The position numbers and the translations under genes were made by a program. Shown piece after piece: positions 29,197 through 39,899 of a stretch of 64,000 nucleotides of DNA. The number at the start of each line of letters is the position of its first letter. Position 1 is the first letter of the stretch. Below the pieces are notes generated by a model that had not been told where the DNA came from, did no database searches, and saw nothing but the letters and a program-made list of their open reading frames with translations. Source of the DNA: Candidatus Caldarchaeales archaeon (GTDB taxonomy: Archaea; Thermoproteota; Nitrososphaeria_A; Caldarchaeales; Wolframiiraptoraceae); assembly GCA_039630055.1 (NCBI GenBank), contig JBCNVN010000001.1, positions 32,001-96,000 on the forward strand, given 5' to 3'.

Positions 29197-30303
29197 ATGA
29201 GAGAACTGGAGAGATTGGCTGCAGAACGTGCACGTGAAGCTGTAAAATATGATAAGCTAGGTATGAAGGAAGATGCGCTGGTTAATTATAGAGAGGCAGT
29301 TCAACTCTTGTTGAAGCTTATAAAGTTCGTGGATGACCCCGTGATGAAGAAAGTGTATGAAGAGAAGATTAAACAGTATAGTGAGAGATTGGAGGTTCTA
29401 TTAGAGAAGAGTACCGAATCATCATCAGCATCTTCAAAAACTAGAGATCGGGAGAACTATCTAATAGTTGATCCTCCACCGATTAAATGGGAAGACATAA
29501 TAGGTTTAGAAGAAGCTAAGAAGGCTCTTAGAGAGAGCATAGTATATCCATCTCTAAGACCTGAGTTGTTTCCTTTGGGATGGCCCCGAGGGATACTCTT
29601 CTTCGGTCCTCCGGGATGCGGAAAGACTATGCTGGCGGCCGCTGCCGCTAACGAGATAGACGCAGTCTTCATGCAGGTTGATGCTTCTATGATTATGTCT
29701 AAGTGGCTTGGAGAATCAGAGAAGAATATTGCATCCATCTTTGAGGATGCTAGAAGATATGAGAGGGAGGGGAAACCTGTAATAATCTTGGTAGATGAAG
29801 TAGATTCATTGACAACTTATAGGGAGAATGAGGTAGGTGGAGAGGCTAGAGCTAGGAACCAGCTTCTAAAAGAGATGGATGGTCTACAAGATAAGGGTAG
29901 GATACCTAGAATATATGTGATAGCTGCAACGAATAAGCCCTGGCTACTTGATGAGCCATTCATCCGTAGATTCCAGAAGAGGATCTATATCTCTCTACCA
30001 AGCTATGAGTCAAGGCTCAACATGTTTAAACACTATACAAAGAGGCTTGAACTTGAAGATGATGTAGATTTTGAAGAATTGGCAAGGATTACAGAAGGAT
30101 ATAGTGGAGCAGACATATATAATATCTCTATGGAGGCGCAGTTAAAGGTTGTAAGCGAGTTCTTTGAGAAAGGTAGAGGAGATAGACCGAGAAAGATTAG
30201 TATGAATGATTTTTATGAGATTATAAAGAAGAACAAGCCAAGTATCGAGGCAGAATCATTAAAGAAGATCTTGGAATGGGCTAGAAGATTTGCATCAGGA
30301 TAA
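29197..30303 (+). CDS. cdvC: Vps4/CdvC AAA+ ATPase with MIT domain
   Basis: MIT helix 'AREAVKYD..G....A...Y', [48 protein letters not shown]. Confidence 0.9.
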   Translation: MRELERLAAERAREAVKYDKLGMKEDALVNYREAVQLLLKLIKFVDDPVMKKVYEEKIKQYSERLEVLLEKSTESSSASSKTRDRENYLIVDPPPIKWEDIIGLEEAKKALRESIVYPSLRPELFPLGWPRGILFFGPPGCGKTMLAAAAANEIDAVFMQVDASMIMSKWLGESEKNIASIFEDARRYEREGKPVIILVDEVDSLTTYRENEVGGEARARNQLLKEMDGLQDKGRIPRIYVIAATNKPWLLDEPFIRRFQKRIYISLPSYESRLNMFKHYTKRLELEDDVDFEELARITEGYSGADIYNISMEAQLKVVSEFFEKGRGDRPRKISMNDFYEIIKKNKPSIEAESLKKILEWARRFASG

Positions 30304-30345
30304 AATCATGCTTCCATTATATCTCTCTATAGAATTATCTTTACA

Positions 30346-30495
30346 TTATCTTAGAACCTCATATATGAATAAGGTTATAATTCCTGCTAAAGCTATCGTT
30401 AGATAATCTGATATAAGCGGCCATCCCGTAGATAACCCTACTATTATCAACATCAACCCTATATAGGTCTTTACAAACTTCAAAGGTCTTCTCAT
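30346..30495 (-). CDS. Small two-TM membrane protein (49 aa), absent from the ORF track
   Basis: MRRPLKFVKTYIGLMLIIVGLSTGWPLISDYLTIALAGIITLFIYEVLR*; BRE/TATA-like GAAAAGTTAATTTATATA about 25 nt upstream. Confidence 0.55.
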   Translation of the reverse strand: MRRPLKFVKTYIGLMLIIVGLSTGWPLISDYLTIALAGIITLFIYEVLR

Positions 30496-30587
30496 CTATC
30501 CATTCAGCATCTGATTATTATATAAATTAACTTTTCTACTCTGATAACTCGTTAAATTCGATCTGAACCCAGCCATGGAAACCAAGC

Positions 30588-31241
30588 TTATATATCTTCT
30601 CTGTATAGTCCACGAGCTCCTATGAATGGATTGTAGAGCTTCTCAACCCCTATAGTTGTGGATGGACCATGACCTGGATAGACGCTATAATCATCTGGTA
30701 ATGTAAGAATCTTCTCTCTCAAGGACTTCAATAAGATCTCTAGACTTCCACCTGGAAGATCATGTCTACCTATCCCTCCAGCAAATAATGTATCTCCTGT
30801 AAATACTGCTTCGTCTAGAACATAGGATACGCTTCCAGCAGTGTGTCCAGGTGTGTGCAGTGTCTTGATCTTATTAGAACCAATATTTATCATATATCCA
30901 TCCTCCACATATCCATCTGGTCTAGGAGGCTCATCGACCTCTCCTCCAACTATCTCCTTATAGTCGATTACACTTCTATTAAGTATAGGTACATCATCTC
31001 TATGGATATAGAATTTACATCCTAAATATTCTTTGAGCTCTCTTACAGCCATAACGTGATCGAAATGTCCATGTGTAGCGTATATAGCTTTAACCTCTAT
31101 ACGGTTCCTATCAATACTCTTCAAAATCTTCTCAGCCTCGTCTCCAGCATCCACCAAAACACCCTCTCTATATACTGGGTCAAAGACTAGGTAAGAATTA
31201 CTCATTAAAGGTCCGACCAAGATCCTTTCAACAATCAGCAT
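30588..31241 (-). CDS. MBL-fold metallo-hydrolase (glyoxalase II-like)
   Basis: THGHFDH, HTPGHT, FTGDTLF, YPGHGP; start placed at MLIVERILVGP. Confidence 0.9.
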   Translation of the reverse strand: MLIVERILVGPLMSNSYLVFDPVYREGVLVDAGDEAEKILKSIDRNRIEVKAIYATHGHFDHVMAVRELKEYLGCKFYIHRDDVPILNRSVIDYKEIVGGEVDEPPRPDGYVEDGYMINIGSNKIKTLHTPGHTAGSVSYVLDEAVFTGDTLFAGGIGRHDLPGGSLEILLKSLREKILTLPDDYSVYPGHGPSTTIGVEKLYNPFIGARGLYREDI

Positions 31242-31502
31242 CGAAGACCCTCCCAAGACTGTATGCATCGATGATATATTAATTCTATCAGACCTCCTAT
31301 TATATTGTAGCAAATTATTCTACAGTATCTGTAAATGGTTCTAGGTAGTTTGACAACATTTAAATTTTAATCCGGCTACAGACCATCAGGACCTCACATA
31401 CCCATATCGGTGTCTATATGTTATTCGGAAGAAGTTATACAATCTTTAACATAGTTAGAGATGGAGAAACTTAATAATCAGCGTATATAGAGTACTCTGA
31501 GA

Positions 31503-31781
31503 ATGAAGATCCCTGAGAACATCAATACATATTGTCCGAGATGTCGAAGGTATACCGAGCATAAGGTAGCTCTTTATAAGAAGGGTAAAGAAAGGTCTCT
31601 CGCTGCAGGAGCTAGAAGACATGAGAGAGAGCTACATGGTTATGGAGGTCAGAAGTATCCTTTACAACGTAAGAAGTCGAAGACAACCCAGAAGCAGACT
31701 CTAAAACTAATCTGTAAAGAATGCAGTTATACTATCCACAGAGAGGGTATAAGATTAAAGAAGCTAGAGATTAGCCGTTAA
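31503..31781 (+). CDS. rpl44e: 50S ribosomal protein L44e
   Basis: MKIP...TYCP.C..YTEH, GYGGQK, K.T.K..L...C..C. Confidence 0.95.
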   Translation: MKIPENINTYCPRCRRYTEHKVALYKKGKERSLAAGARRHERELHGYGGQKYPLQRKKSKTTQKQTLKLICKECSYTIHREGIRLKKLEISR

Positions 31782-31842
31782 AAATCTCTAAACACTGTCA
31801 TAAAGTTAGGTTCAAGAAAGATCATCTCTGAAAAGAATATGG

Positions 31843-32115
31843 TTAGTGAATCGTGATGAGGATCTCGATAAAGCTTACGTACCTCTTCCTACCCCCATCC
31901 AGCTCTGCCTCATCATATCCTAGCTCAATATTCTTTATCTTGAGATTTGAGTAGAAGCTCTTCTTGAGAAGTAGGGCCACATCTATACAGTTACTGATAC
32001 TCCTTCCCCGAGCTCTAAGCAAAACTTCTCTCTCCCCCTTGTTAAATAAGGTTATACATGCTGTAACATACCTCATCTTAGATTTCTTCCCTACTATTAC
32101 CATCGCCTTCCTCAA
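31843..32115 (-). CDS. alba: DNA/RNA-binding protein Alba
   Basis: VGKK...RYV, LRARGRSIS..IDV, VSFIEI. Confidence 0.88.
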   Translation of the reverse strand: MRKAMVIVGKKSKMRYVTACITLFNKGEREVLLRARGRSISNCIDVALLLKKSFYSNLKIKNIELGYDEAELDGGRKRYVSFIEILITIH

Positions 32116-32162
32116 ATCTCTTCTTACCCTATAGATGGTTCACGAGGAATATATCTTTGTTT

Positions 32163-33923
32163 CTAGAATAGTAAGTATAATATTGTGAAGGTTAATAAGC
32201 CTGAGATGACAATCGTCGAGAAAATTGTTAAGAAGAGTAGTCTTAGGGATTTCTGCGTCTTGTCTGCAGCCTCTTCAAGGAAGTCGTTAGACATTACCTT
32301 TATATTGTTGAAAATGAATGAGATCCTCGCCGCCTCCATCTTCTTGATATTGTTCTTAGCCTTTCTCACAGTTCTCAAAACAGACTCGACTATCTCTTCT
32401 ATGGGAATCACCTCTCCCAGTGGATGGTATCCTCTACCTCCAAGCTTGACCCCATTAACAATATGGGTATCTGTTGTTAATACTTCGCAATAATCTATTC
32501 CGATCCTTTTGACTTCTTCTAAGATCTTATCTCTAACCTGTGGAACCGCATTATTACTATCGATAACTGTGAGAGCTGAAAACTTATCGTTATTCTTTAA
32601 TAAAATTGTTCTGATGCCTAGTGGCCCTATACCATCTTCTAAGCCATAACCATCGATGTCTGTCTCACCATATCCAAGAAATATTTCAGAACATCTATCA
32701 ACCGATACTCTAGATGCATTCTTTAGAGCTCGCTTAACATCTTCCAGTCTATCATTTAGCTCTCTAACATCTTCAGAGAAACTATTATGAGCATCAACAA
32801 CCACTAGTTCATCATTCCTTATATCATCCATAACCTCAAGAGGTATGTCTTCCATCCCTTCTGGATGTAGAGTTACTAGAGTAAGGATTGTTTTTCCTAT
32901 GGGTATAAGAGTTGTAGTTACAGAACCAGAGTTTAATATCTTCGTAGAACCCAGTAGACTAGAGTAATCCGAGTCATGGTTTAATATCTTTCTCTCAATC
33001 TCATCAGATATAAACTCGCAATCTATTCTCGAGATGATGTTCTTAGAATGGTCTGATAATCCTTTAACGATAACTGATCTGATGTTATGTCTAGAAAGCT
33101 TCTCATCGATTAGATACGGTAGTATGGTGCTTCCAAAATCTTTGAATGGACCGGGATGAAAACCTGGGACTATTAGAGCTATGTCAACCTTACGGGATGA
33201 AACCTCTCTGAACGCTATCAACTCTATCTTTATATCCGATTTACTTTCAAGTTTTTCAGCCAGTCTCTCTAGATTCTCTCTCACACCATCAAGGAATATT
33301 GCCAACATCGCTGATAAGAGTTCTAACGGCTTCAACCCCCTAATCTTCAATAAGACATCGATCGTTGAAGAATAACCTATGTATGCTATACTTCCAACGA
33401 GTTGACCGATAATCATAGTAATCTTAACATCTTCTAGATTAGAAAGTAGGAAAGGAAGAACTTGAAGTAGGGAGACTGTGGTTGAATACTTGAGTGTATA
33501 GGTTAAGCTGTCTCCACTTAGAACTCTAATTATTAATCCTCTAAGCATGGTTGCTAAAGCTACAAGTGATGAGAGGATGGATAAAGCTAAGATTATCGGA
33601 AATCTTAAGATATGTGCTAAATAGATGGTTGCTAATCCAATACTGGCCATGGACAATTCTATCAATGTAATTCCGTTTAGCCTTCTAAAATTAACTAGTT
33701 CTCTCCGATTCCTGGAGAAGATGTAGTTGACTAAGATTATAGAGTAGAAGGATACTGCTGATAATAATATGATTGGATAAGCGATCAGAGAGACTAGAAA
33801 TACCGTTATAGTAGCGGACGTTATCGTTATGGTTACCAGGCTACCTTTACCTGGAAGCCCCTTAATGTATGGATAGAGAGAGGCCAATCTCGTTGTATGG
33901 TTTCTCAACTTCAAATTTTTCAT
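32163..33923 (-). CDS. DUF2070-family membrane protein
   Basis: N-terminal TM helices; HPGPF..GS, DAHN, DSNN, TTDTH motifs. Confidence 0.8.
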   Translation of the reverse strand: MKNLKLRNHTTRLASLYPYIKGLPGKGSLVTITITSATITVFLVSLIAYPIILLSAVSFYSIILVNYIFSRNRRELVNFRRLNGITLIELSMASIGLATIYLAHILRFPIILALSILSSLVALATMLRGLIIRVLSGDSLTYTLKYSTTVSLLQVLPFLLSNLEDVKITMIIGQLVGSIAYIGYSSTIDVLLKIRGLKPLELLSAMLAIFLDGVRENLERLAEKLESKSDIKIELIAFREVSSRKVDIALIVPGFHPGPFKDFGSTILPYLIDEKLSRHNIRSVIVKGLSDHSKNIISRIDCEFISDEIERKILNHDSDYSSLLGSTKILNSGSVTTTLIPIGKTILTLVTLHPEGMEDIPLEVMDDIRNDELVVVDAHNSFSEDVRELNDRLEDVKRALKNASRVSVDRCSEIFLGYGETDIDGYGLEDGIGPLGIRTILLKNNDKFSALTVIDSNNAVPQVRDKILEEVKRIGIDYCEVLTTDTHIVNGVKLGGRGYHPLGEVIPIEEIVESVLRTVRKAKNNIKKMEAARISFIFNNIKVMSNDFLEEAADKTQKSLRLLFLTIFSTIVISGLLTFTILYLLF

Positions 33924-34031
33924 GGAGATTCTCTACCACGAATTATATTAACCAATCGTTACAGCACTAGATATAGATATTTTTTATGTTGAGAAAGCGT
34001 TAAGAATATCTAATATGTTGAGATTTGTAGA

Positions 34032-35012
34032 TTGAGTAGGGTTAAGGTTCTTAGAGGTTATGGACCAGCTATAGATGTTAGAGGTGTTAAGCTTGTATTC
34101 GATAGTAGTCCTCACGGAAAGAGTATTCAACTTATCTCACACGCTCACCTTGACCATGTTCAAACTCTTTCTCCAGTAAATGTTATAATGACCAGAGAGA
34201 CCCACTCGATACTTGAATCTATAGGTAGGAGAGGTGAATGGACTAAGATAGAATATGGAAGAGGATTAACAATATTGGATGATGTAAAGATATCTGCAGA
34301 GCCTTCAGGCCACGTTTTAGGATCAGCTCAGTTTATAATAGATCTAGATGGAAATAGATTGGTGTATACAGGCGACTTAAACATCTACGATAGCCTAGTA
34401 CATAGAGGAGCGAACCCCATAGAGTCGGACATACTAATAATAGAGTCTACTTATGGTGAACCATCATACAGATTTCCTAGTAGAGAGAAGATATACGCAA
34501 ACATAATTAGATGGATACTGGAAACTACGAACTCAGGCGGGATACCTGCATTCAAAGTATACTCTCTAGGTAAGAGCCAGGAGATAATACAGTTAATCAA
34601 TACTTATCTAGATCTTCCCGTCGTGGTAAGTTGGCCAGTTGCAAGAATATCTGAAAGATATAGAGAATATGGAATCCCTCTAGAGTACATCATCATCAAT
34701 AGCCTTGAAGGATTAGAATTATTAAAGCATGGTGATTGCGTCTATGTCTCTAGCTCAAGAGAGGATCTTCCAACCAAAAGGAATATTCGATGGGCCGTTG
34801 CCACAGGATGGGCCTTAAGATATAGATATAATAGCTATGATATGGCTTTTCCACTTAGTGGTCATTCAGACTATGATGGATTAATAAAATATGTTGAGGA
34901 GAGCTGTCCGAAACAGGTTTACACATTCCATGGATACGCCAAGACATTCTCACAGCATCTTACACGTAAAGGTATAAGCTCTAAACCTCTCACTGAGATT
35001 AGTGAAGTATAG
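34032..35012 (+). CDS. MBL-fold/beta-CASP nuclease
   Basis: SHAHLDH, GHVLGS, YTGD, ESTYG.P, YSLGKSQE, LSGHSD, HG. Confidence 0.85.
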   Translation: MSRVKVLRGYGPAIDVRGVKLVFDSSPHGKSIQLISHAHLDHVQTLSPVNVIMTRETHSILESIGRRGEWTKIEYGRGLTILDDVKISAEPSGHVLGSAQFIIDLDGNRLVYTGDLNIYDSLVHRGANPIESDILIIESTYGEPSYRFPSREKIYANIIRWILETTNSGGIPAFKVYSLGKSQEIIQLINTYLDLPVVVSWPVARISERYREYGIPLEYIIINSLEGLELLKHGDCVYVSSSREDLPTKRNIRWAVATGWALRYRYNSYDMAFPLSGHSDYDGLIKYVEESCPKQVYTFHGYAKTFSQHLTRKGISSKPLTEISEV

Positions 35013-35118
35013 ATTAAGAGGATTTAAGTGGGTAATATAGTGAGTTTCTTAAGATCTTTGAAGTAGAAGTATGAGATCTTTATTAGTAACCAGGATGAGC
35101 ATCATGGTAGTGTAGCTT

Positions 35119-35286
35119 ATGAGTGCTAGGAGAAGACGGAGAGAGGCCCCGATGCCCCAGTCTGCTGCAGGTCTATTAAGATTCTTTGAAGAGGAGATAA
35201 AAGGTATTAAGATTAGAGCTGAGCTCATCCTCATACTTGCAGCGGTCATGATCGCCACGGTCATCATCGCAAATCTATTCTTCTAA
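35119..35286 (+). CDS. secG: Preprotein translocase Sec61beta, absent from the ORF track
   Basis: MSARRRRREAPMPQSAAGLLRFFEEEIKGIKIRAELILILAAVMIATVIIANLFF*; AGL.RFF.E motif plus C-terminal TM. Confidence 0.9.
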   Translation: MSARRRRREAPMPQSAAGLLRFFEEEIKGIKIRAELILILAAVMIATVIIANLFF

Positions 35287-35447
35287 ATGTTCCTCTTGTA
35301 AAATTCTGAAATGAACTAAACTATCTATTTATGATTCAATTCTTCCCCTAGATACTTATATTAACAAACAAAACTATCAAGAAGCTTCATAGTCAAACAA
35401 CATGCTTTATCATCTCTTTCACATACGATCAAACTTCTACAACTTTA

Positions 35448-35717
35448 TTAAAACAAGTCTAGTTCTGTCTGACCCATACCAGTCTGCGTCCAAATTACTC
35501 TCCTTTTATACTTATAAGACTTAACTATCCCTTCTGCCTCCATATTCTTTAGATGTCTCCTAACTGAAGAATTACTTCTCTTGACTTCTTCTGCTATATT
35601 CTTTAGAGTTGAGGGTTTAGAAGATATAATCTCGAGGATTCTAGACCTGGTATCTATCCCCCTCTTAACATTCTTGATCCTAGATAAGTATGCTCTAGGG
35701 TTGACCTTAGACATCAA
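35448..35717 (-). CDS. Winged-helix (ArsR-like) DNA-binding protein
   Basis: TRSRILEII...TLKNIAEEV.RS.SSVRRHLKNMEAEGIV. Confidence 0.75.
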   Translation of the reverse strand: MMSKVNPRAYLSRIKNVKRGIDTRSRILEIISSKPSTLKNIAEEVKRSNSSVRRHLKNMEAEGIVKSYKYKRRVIWTQTGMGQTELDLF

Positions 35718-35764
35718 TTATAGGATCTTTACATCTTCTAGATATCTATTTACCCTTTATGGAG

Positions 35765-38700
35765 CTAGCTGGAGAAACTTTCTAGAGAGGCTTGCCTGCC
35801 AACTTTCCCCCCGACCATTCTCTGTCTTGACAACATTCTTTCAATATTCTCTATAGACATATAACCGTACTCTTTAAGATATGGTGTTTTTACATATCTT
35901 GATAAAAGTTTTCTTGCGAGCTCGACATATTTCTCCACCGCCCCTCTGAACACGGTCTGCATAAGCTCTCCACCGCATCTAGAGCACTTGGTGGTGATCG
36001 GTAGCCTCCTATACTTTAAACCACATCTCTTACATCTAAATTCTTGTGTAAAGAATGCTCTAGCATTTCCAACTATATCCGGTAAAATGTGGGTCTGCAT
36101 TATCTTCTCAACTACTAGGGTAACGTCGATTCCTGCTAACTTATTAGCAATATCCAGCTGTCCAACTATCTTATCTAGCATTGAAGAGTGTTTTTTGTAT
36201 GCTGACTCTTTAACAGGCGTGGTTAGAGAAGTTTGTGGATGTGTGAACCTTGTAGACGTGTAAGATCCAGCTTCTCCAAGGAAATTCTTTACAGTTAATA
36301 TAATTCCAGATACTTTAGATATGTGTTCTCTATCCTCTGCCCTCCTATAAAATTCTAAAGGATATCTATCTGCAACATCGAGATTATGTGCTTGTTCATC
36401 TACCTCTTCTGGATAAACTATAGAGGTTATCAAGAGAGGTGTATCCATTCTTCCACCAATTCTATCTGGGAGATATAGTTTAGAGAAGTTTATTAGAGGG
36501 TCTAATAGAAGCATTATGCTATCCTCATCTCCATCACAGTCTCTTCTCTTTGCTGCATGAAGGACCGGGTGAGCGAAACATACAAGAGCATCCACTATGC
36601 CGATCACTCTCGATACGGAGGCTGCATATGTGTGAGGTGATAAGACTACTACGAGTTCTCCTATAACATCTTCAGGACTATTGAAATTATAGTATGGATT
36701 CATTCCTGCAAGCTTCACTAACTCATCATCAATCACTTTTGAGACCTTGAATAAGTGTTCAGCAGCTTCTCTCGGGATGATTATGTCTTGTATTCTCAGC
36801 TCAAGATACTGGTCTGGAGATGTCAATAGATTACCATAGATATCATGTGTATATCCAAGCTCTCTAAGCTTCTCTACCTTCGTCCCTATCTGTCTTGGAG
36901 TAAAGTGGGTTAGAGGAGCATTCGTTACATCAAATCTCATCGTGCCATCCTTGTATATGAAAAGTCCATGTTTTGCTCTCATTATACCTTTAGAGAGCTC
37001 TTCAGGGGTTCTGGTTAGACTAGTCAATCTTTTAACACCTTTAATCTTTGATGGGGGTGCTTCACCAATCCTTCTCAAAGCCTCATAAACTTCTTCCGCT
37101 ACATTCACCACGAACTTCTCAAAATAGTGAACGGTACCTCCACACTTCACGCAAGTGCTCTCCCCATCATACTTCTTCTCTGATCCACATGATTCACATA
37201 ATCCTATAATATCTGTTATAATTCCACATTTAGGACATCTATGCTTCCACGTCTTCATTCTGCAATTCGGACAAATTCTCCTAACCAATTCAACGGCCAC
37301 TCTCTCGTTATTGTTTGAAGCTTGTACGATGTCTCTTGAAGGCCCTCCACTCAACCCTATCGGGAAGAGGATGTTTACGGGAGGGGTCGTCTCTCTCTGG
37401 GCAGCTTTTTCAGGCCTACCCATTCTAGCGCTTATAAAAGTTCCAGTCTTATCCTTAATCTTCAACCCTGATAATCTGGATAAATGCTCAAGTATGGGGC
37501 CATCAACTAACCGTTCTTCTCTAAATGGTTGAAGCGTTGCGATGAGAGCTTTGAACCATGATTTGGGGATAACTATCCTATCAGACTCAACTCTATGCTC
37601 TACAAGTATCCTAATTAGAAGCTCTCTAATATCATCAGATCTAGGTAGATGTATTTCTTCATCTTTATGAATGAGCGGCCTTATACCATTTCTAATCCAT
37701 CTTCTAATCATCTCTGACTCCTCTACCGTTATGTTTGTCCAGAAAGCAGTGTATCGAGGGTGGAGAGGAGCACCGGTCCTAAAACTTATAATGATAGCCT
37801 CATCTACGGAAGGAATCTCATGGAAGGGGTCAGTGATTAGAGAATCGATCCTCTCTAAAAGTTTTCTATCAACTTTATCGAGAGAATTGACCAAGGCCAT
37901 CCTAAGCTCTTCCGCCCACCACTCTTCACAAAATCCCGGTGGATAAAGTATAACATTGTTCTCTATCAGGTCTCCTACCGATATCAGTATATCTCCAAGA
38001 AACAGTATTTTAGCAATCTTCTCTTTTATCCTCATATACTTTGAATGATCATCTAGTCTTAGGAGCTCACCATCCTCCGTCAATACATGTGGTGGCTCGA
38101 TAGTATCTACTACGGCCACGACCCCTCCTTTCCCTGGATAGTCCAACTTTAGCTGAGTTCCAGAGACAATATACCAATTCAAGACTTCCAAGGTTAATGG
38201 GTGGAGACCTATAGATGCTAAGCCTGTTGATGGAGCCCTTCCATATCTAATCCTCAAACCACCGAACCTATCTGGGAGAGAGAGTATGGGTCTTCCACCA
38301 ACAACTTCATCAAAGTATCTCTCATCTTCATTCTTCACTTGCTCCATCATCTTGATTACTTCTTTTATCCAATCCCAGCCATCTAATCCTACCTTTTCAA
38401 CGAGTTTTAGAACTTTCTTGGCTCTACCCGCTATACCATCGTTTACAACTCTGAGAGCTCCTCCTCTAAGATAGTTTGTCTCAATCCTCGGCAGGTTCCG
38501 GAATGAAGATACAAGTATCCTATCTGTCGGGATACCTGTTACTTCTACTGGAAGATTCTTCAAAACATACTCAATTATGTTATCTGGAACATTGTATTGG
38601 AATCTCGAGACCATCTTCTTATAGACTCTCAGTTCCTCTATGAACCTTACTATCTCCTCATAAGTGGGAATATACTTATCTAATCCCATTAGCCTTCTAA

Positions 38701-39193
38701 CGTAATCTGCTAAGACTACGACTGCAGCTAGTTCTGTTCCTCCTGCAGACCTGATGGGTCCTGCAAAATATACGGCGAGATATCTCGTACCATCTAGATT
38801 CTTCTTAATCTTCACTTTAACTATGCCTTCTGTAGGGGCAGCGGTTATACATGGAGGGGTCATCACTGCTAAAGATGTCCTTATAGCTTGAAGTATGATC
38901 TTTTCATCATCTCCTCCTGTACCATGTTCTAAGATGATGTCCTCCGCCAATCTTAGTGCCAGCTTCTCTATAGTAGTCTTGCTAAACAGTTTTCTAATCT
39001 TCTCTGCAATACCTTTCGGTCCAACTAGAAGCTCAACCCTCTCTGCTAAGTCTCGTGCAAACATTACCTCGATGTATGGTGTTGGAGATGATATCCTCTT
39101 CCTAGCTTCAACAGCTATCTTCTTAGCATGATTTATCTTTTCAATTAGTGAACCATAGTATCCTTGTAACTCTTTGGGGGTCTCACCAATCAT
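35765..39193 (-). CDS. polC: DNA polymerase D large subunit (DP2), no intein
   Basis: YFAGPIRSAGGT, RGGAL, RMGRPEKA, HAAKRRDCDGDEDS, GGRMD.PL, C-terminal Zn finger. Confidence 0.97.
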   Translation of the reverse strand: MIGETPKELQGYYGSLIEKINHAKKIAVEARKRISSPTPYIEVMFARDLAERVELLVGPKGIAEKIRKLFSKTTIEKLALRLAEDIILEHGTGGDDEKIILQAIRTSLAVMTPPCITAAPTEGIVKVKIKKNLDGTRYLAVYFAGPIRSAGGTELAAVVVLADYVRRLMGLDKYIPTYEEIVRFIEELRVYKKMVSRFQYNVPDNIIEYVLKNLPVEVTGIPTDRILVSSFRNLPRIETNYLRGGALRVVNDGIAGRAKKVLKLVEKVGLDGWDWIKEVIKMMEQVKNEDERYFDEVVGGRPILSLPDRFGGLRIRYGRAPSTGLASIGLHPLTLEVLNWYIVSGTQLKLDYPGKGGVVAVVDTIEPPHVLTEDGELLRLDDHSKYMRIKEKIAKILFLGDILISVGDLIENNVILYPPGFCEEWWAEELRMALVNSLDKVDRKLLERIDSLITDPFHEIPSVDEAIIISFRTGAPLHPRYTAFWTNITVEESEMIRRWIRNGIRPLIHKDEEIHLPRSDDIRELLIRILVEHRVESDRIVIPKSWFKALIATLQPFREERLVDGPILEHLSRLSGLKIKDKTGTFISARMGRPEKAAQRETTPPVNILFPIGLSGGPSRDIVQASNNNERVAVELVRRICPNCRMKTWKHRCPKCGIITDIIGLCESCGSEKKYDGESTCVKCGGTVHYFEKFVVNVAEEVYEALRRIGEAPPSKIKGVKRLTSLTRTPEELSKGIMRAKHGLFIYKDGTMRFDVTNAPLTHFTPRQIGTKVEKLRELGYTHDIYGNLLTSPDQYLELRIQDIIIPREAAEHLFKVSKVIDDELVKLAGMNPYYNFNSPEDVIGELVVVLSPHTYAASVSRVIGIVDALVCFAHPVLHAAKRRDCDGDEDSIMLLLDPLINFSKLYLPDRIGGRMDTPLLITSIVYPEEVDEQAHNLDVADRYPLEFYRRAEDREHISKVSGIILTVKNFLGEAGSYTSTRFTHPQTSLTTPVKESAYKKHSSMLDKIVGQLDIANKLAGIDVTLVVEKIMQTHILPDIVGNARAFFTQEFRCKRCGLKYRRLPITTKCSRCGGELMQTVFRGAVEKYVELARKLLSRYVKTPYLKEYGYMSIENIERMLSRQRMVGGKVGRQASLESFSS

Positions 39194-39477
39194 CTAGTAG
39201 AAGAATATCTCTGGATGTTATTATGTATAGTTTTATCTTATATTTTTATTGTGATGATGTTCTAGAAGAAGATTGGGAAAGAATTAGCTTTGGCCATGTC
39301 TTTAACATGGTCCGAATAGTTCTACATCGTGAGGGAAGGATTAATCTATATTTATCGGACACTCAATCATCTATTATCTTATGATTGTATATAGATGGTA
39401 GATGGATCCAAAGCTGTAAGAATGTTTAGCTATAACTTAGTATAAGGTCTATTAAGATGTGAGAGAAGACGACTGTC

Positions 39478-39855
39478 TTAACCCTTATACTTCATCCACT
39501 CTTCTACAAGATCGTATCCTAACAGCTTCTTTAAAGCTTCTCGTCCTTCAGGTGTAACTTTCAGCGGTGTCCATGGAGGCTCAAAAACTAGATTTACATT
39601 GACCTCTTTAGCTTCTGGAATCTTCTCTCTTATAGAATTTTCTGCTGTCATTAATATCATGGTGGCTATCGGGCATCCTGGAGCGGTTAACGTCATATCT
39701 ACATTTACTCTCCCCTCATCATCGATATCTATTTTATAGACTAGCCCTAGGTCGTAAACGTTTACAGGGATCTCAGGGTCATAAACGTTCTTCAAAGCCT
39801 CAACCACTTTTGAATTCATTATCTCCTTCTCTATAGCTGAGAGCTTCCCACCCAT
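39478..39855 (-). CDS. DUF59/SufT (MIP18) Fe-S assembly factor
   Basis: VYDPEIPVNVYDLGLVY, MTLTAPGCP, FEPPW. Confidence 0.9.
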   Translation of the reverse strand: MGGKLSAIEKEIMNSKVVEALKNVYDPEIPVNVYDLGLVYKIDIDDEGRVNVDMTLTAPGCPIATMILMTAENSIREKIPEAKEVNVNLVFEPPWTPLKVTPEGREALKKLLGYDLVEEWMKYKG

Positions 39856-39899
39856 CTCATTTATAAACTCATTAAAGCTAGGATTTATCTGTATGTTAC

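Noticed and set aside
35049-35267. 72-aa minus-strand ORF
   Set aside because: Shadow of the real Sec61beta gene on the plus strand (35119-35286).
35765-39193. Intein in PolD DP2
   Set aside because: HAAKRRDCDGDED is uninterrupted and the length is normal.
39148-39384. 78-aa ORF, and a possible C/D-box sRNA (GTGATGA at 39251)
   Set aside because: The ORF overlaps the polC start and promoter and has no motif; no convincing CTGA D box or internal D'/C' pair.
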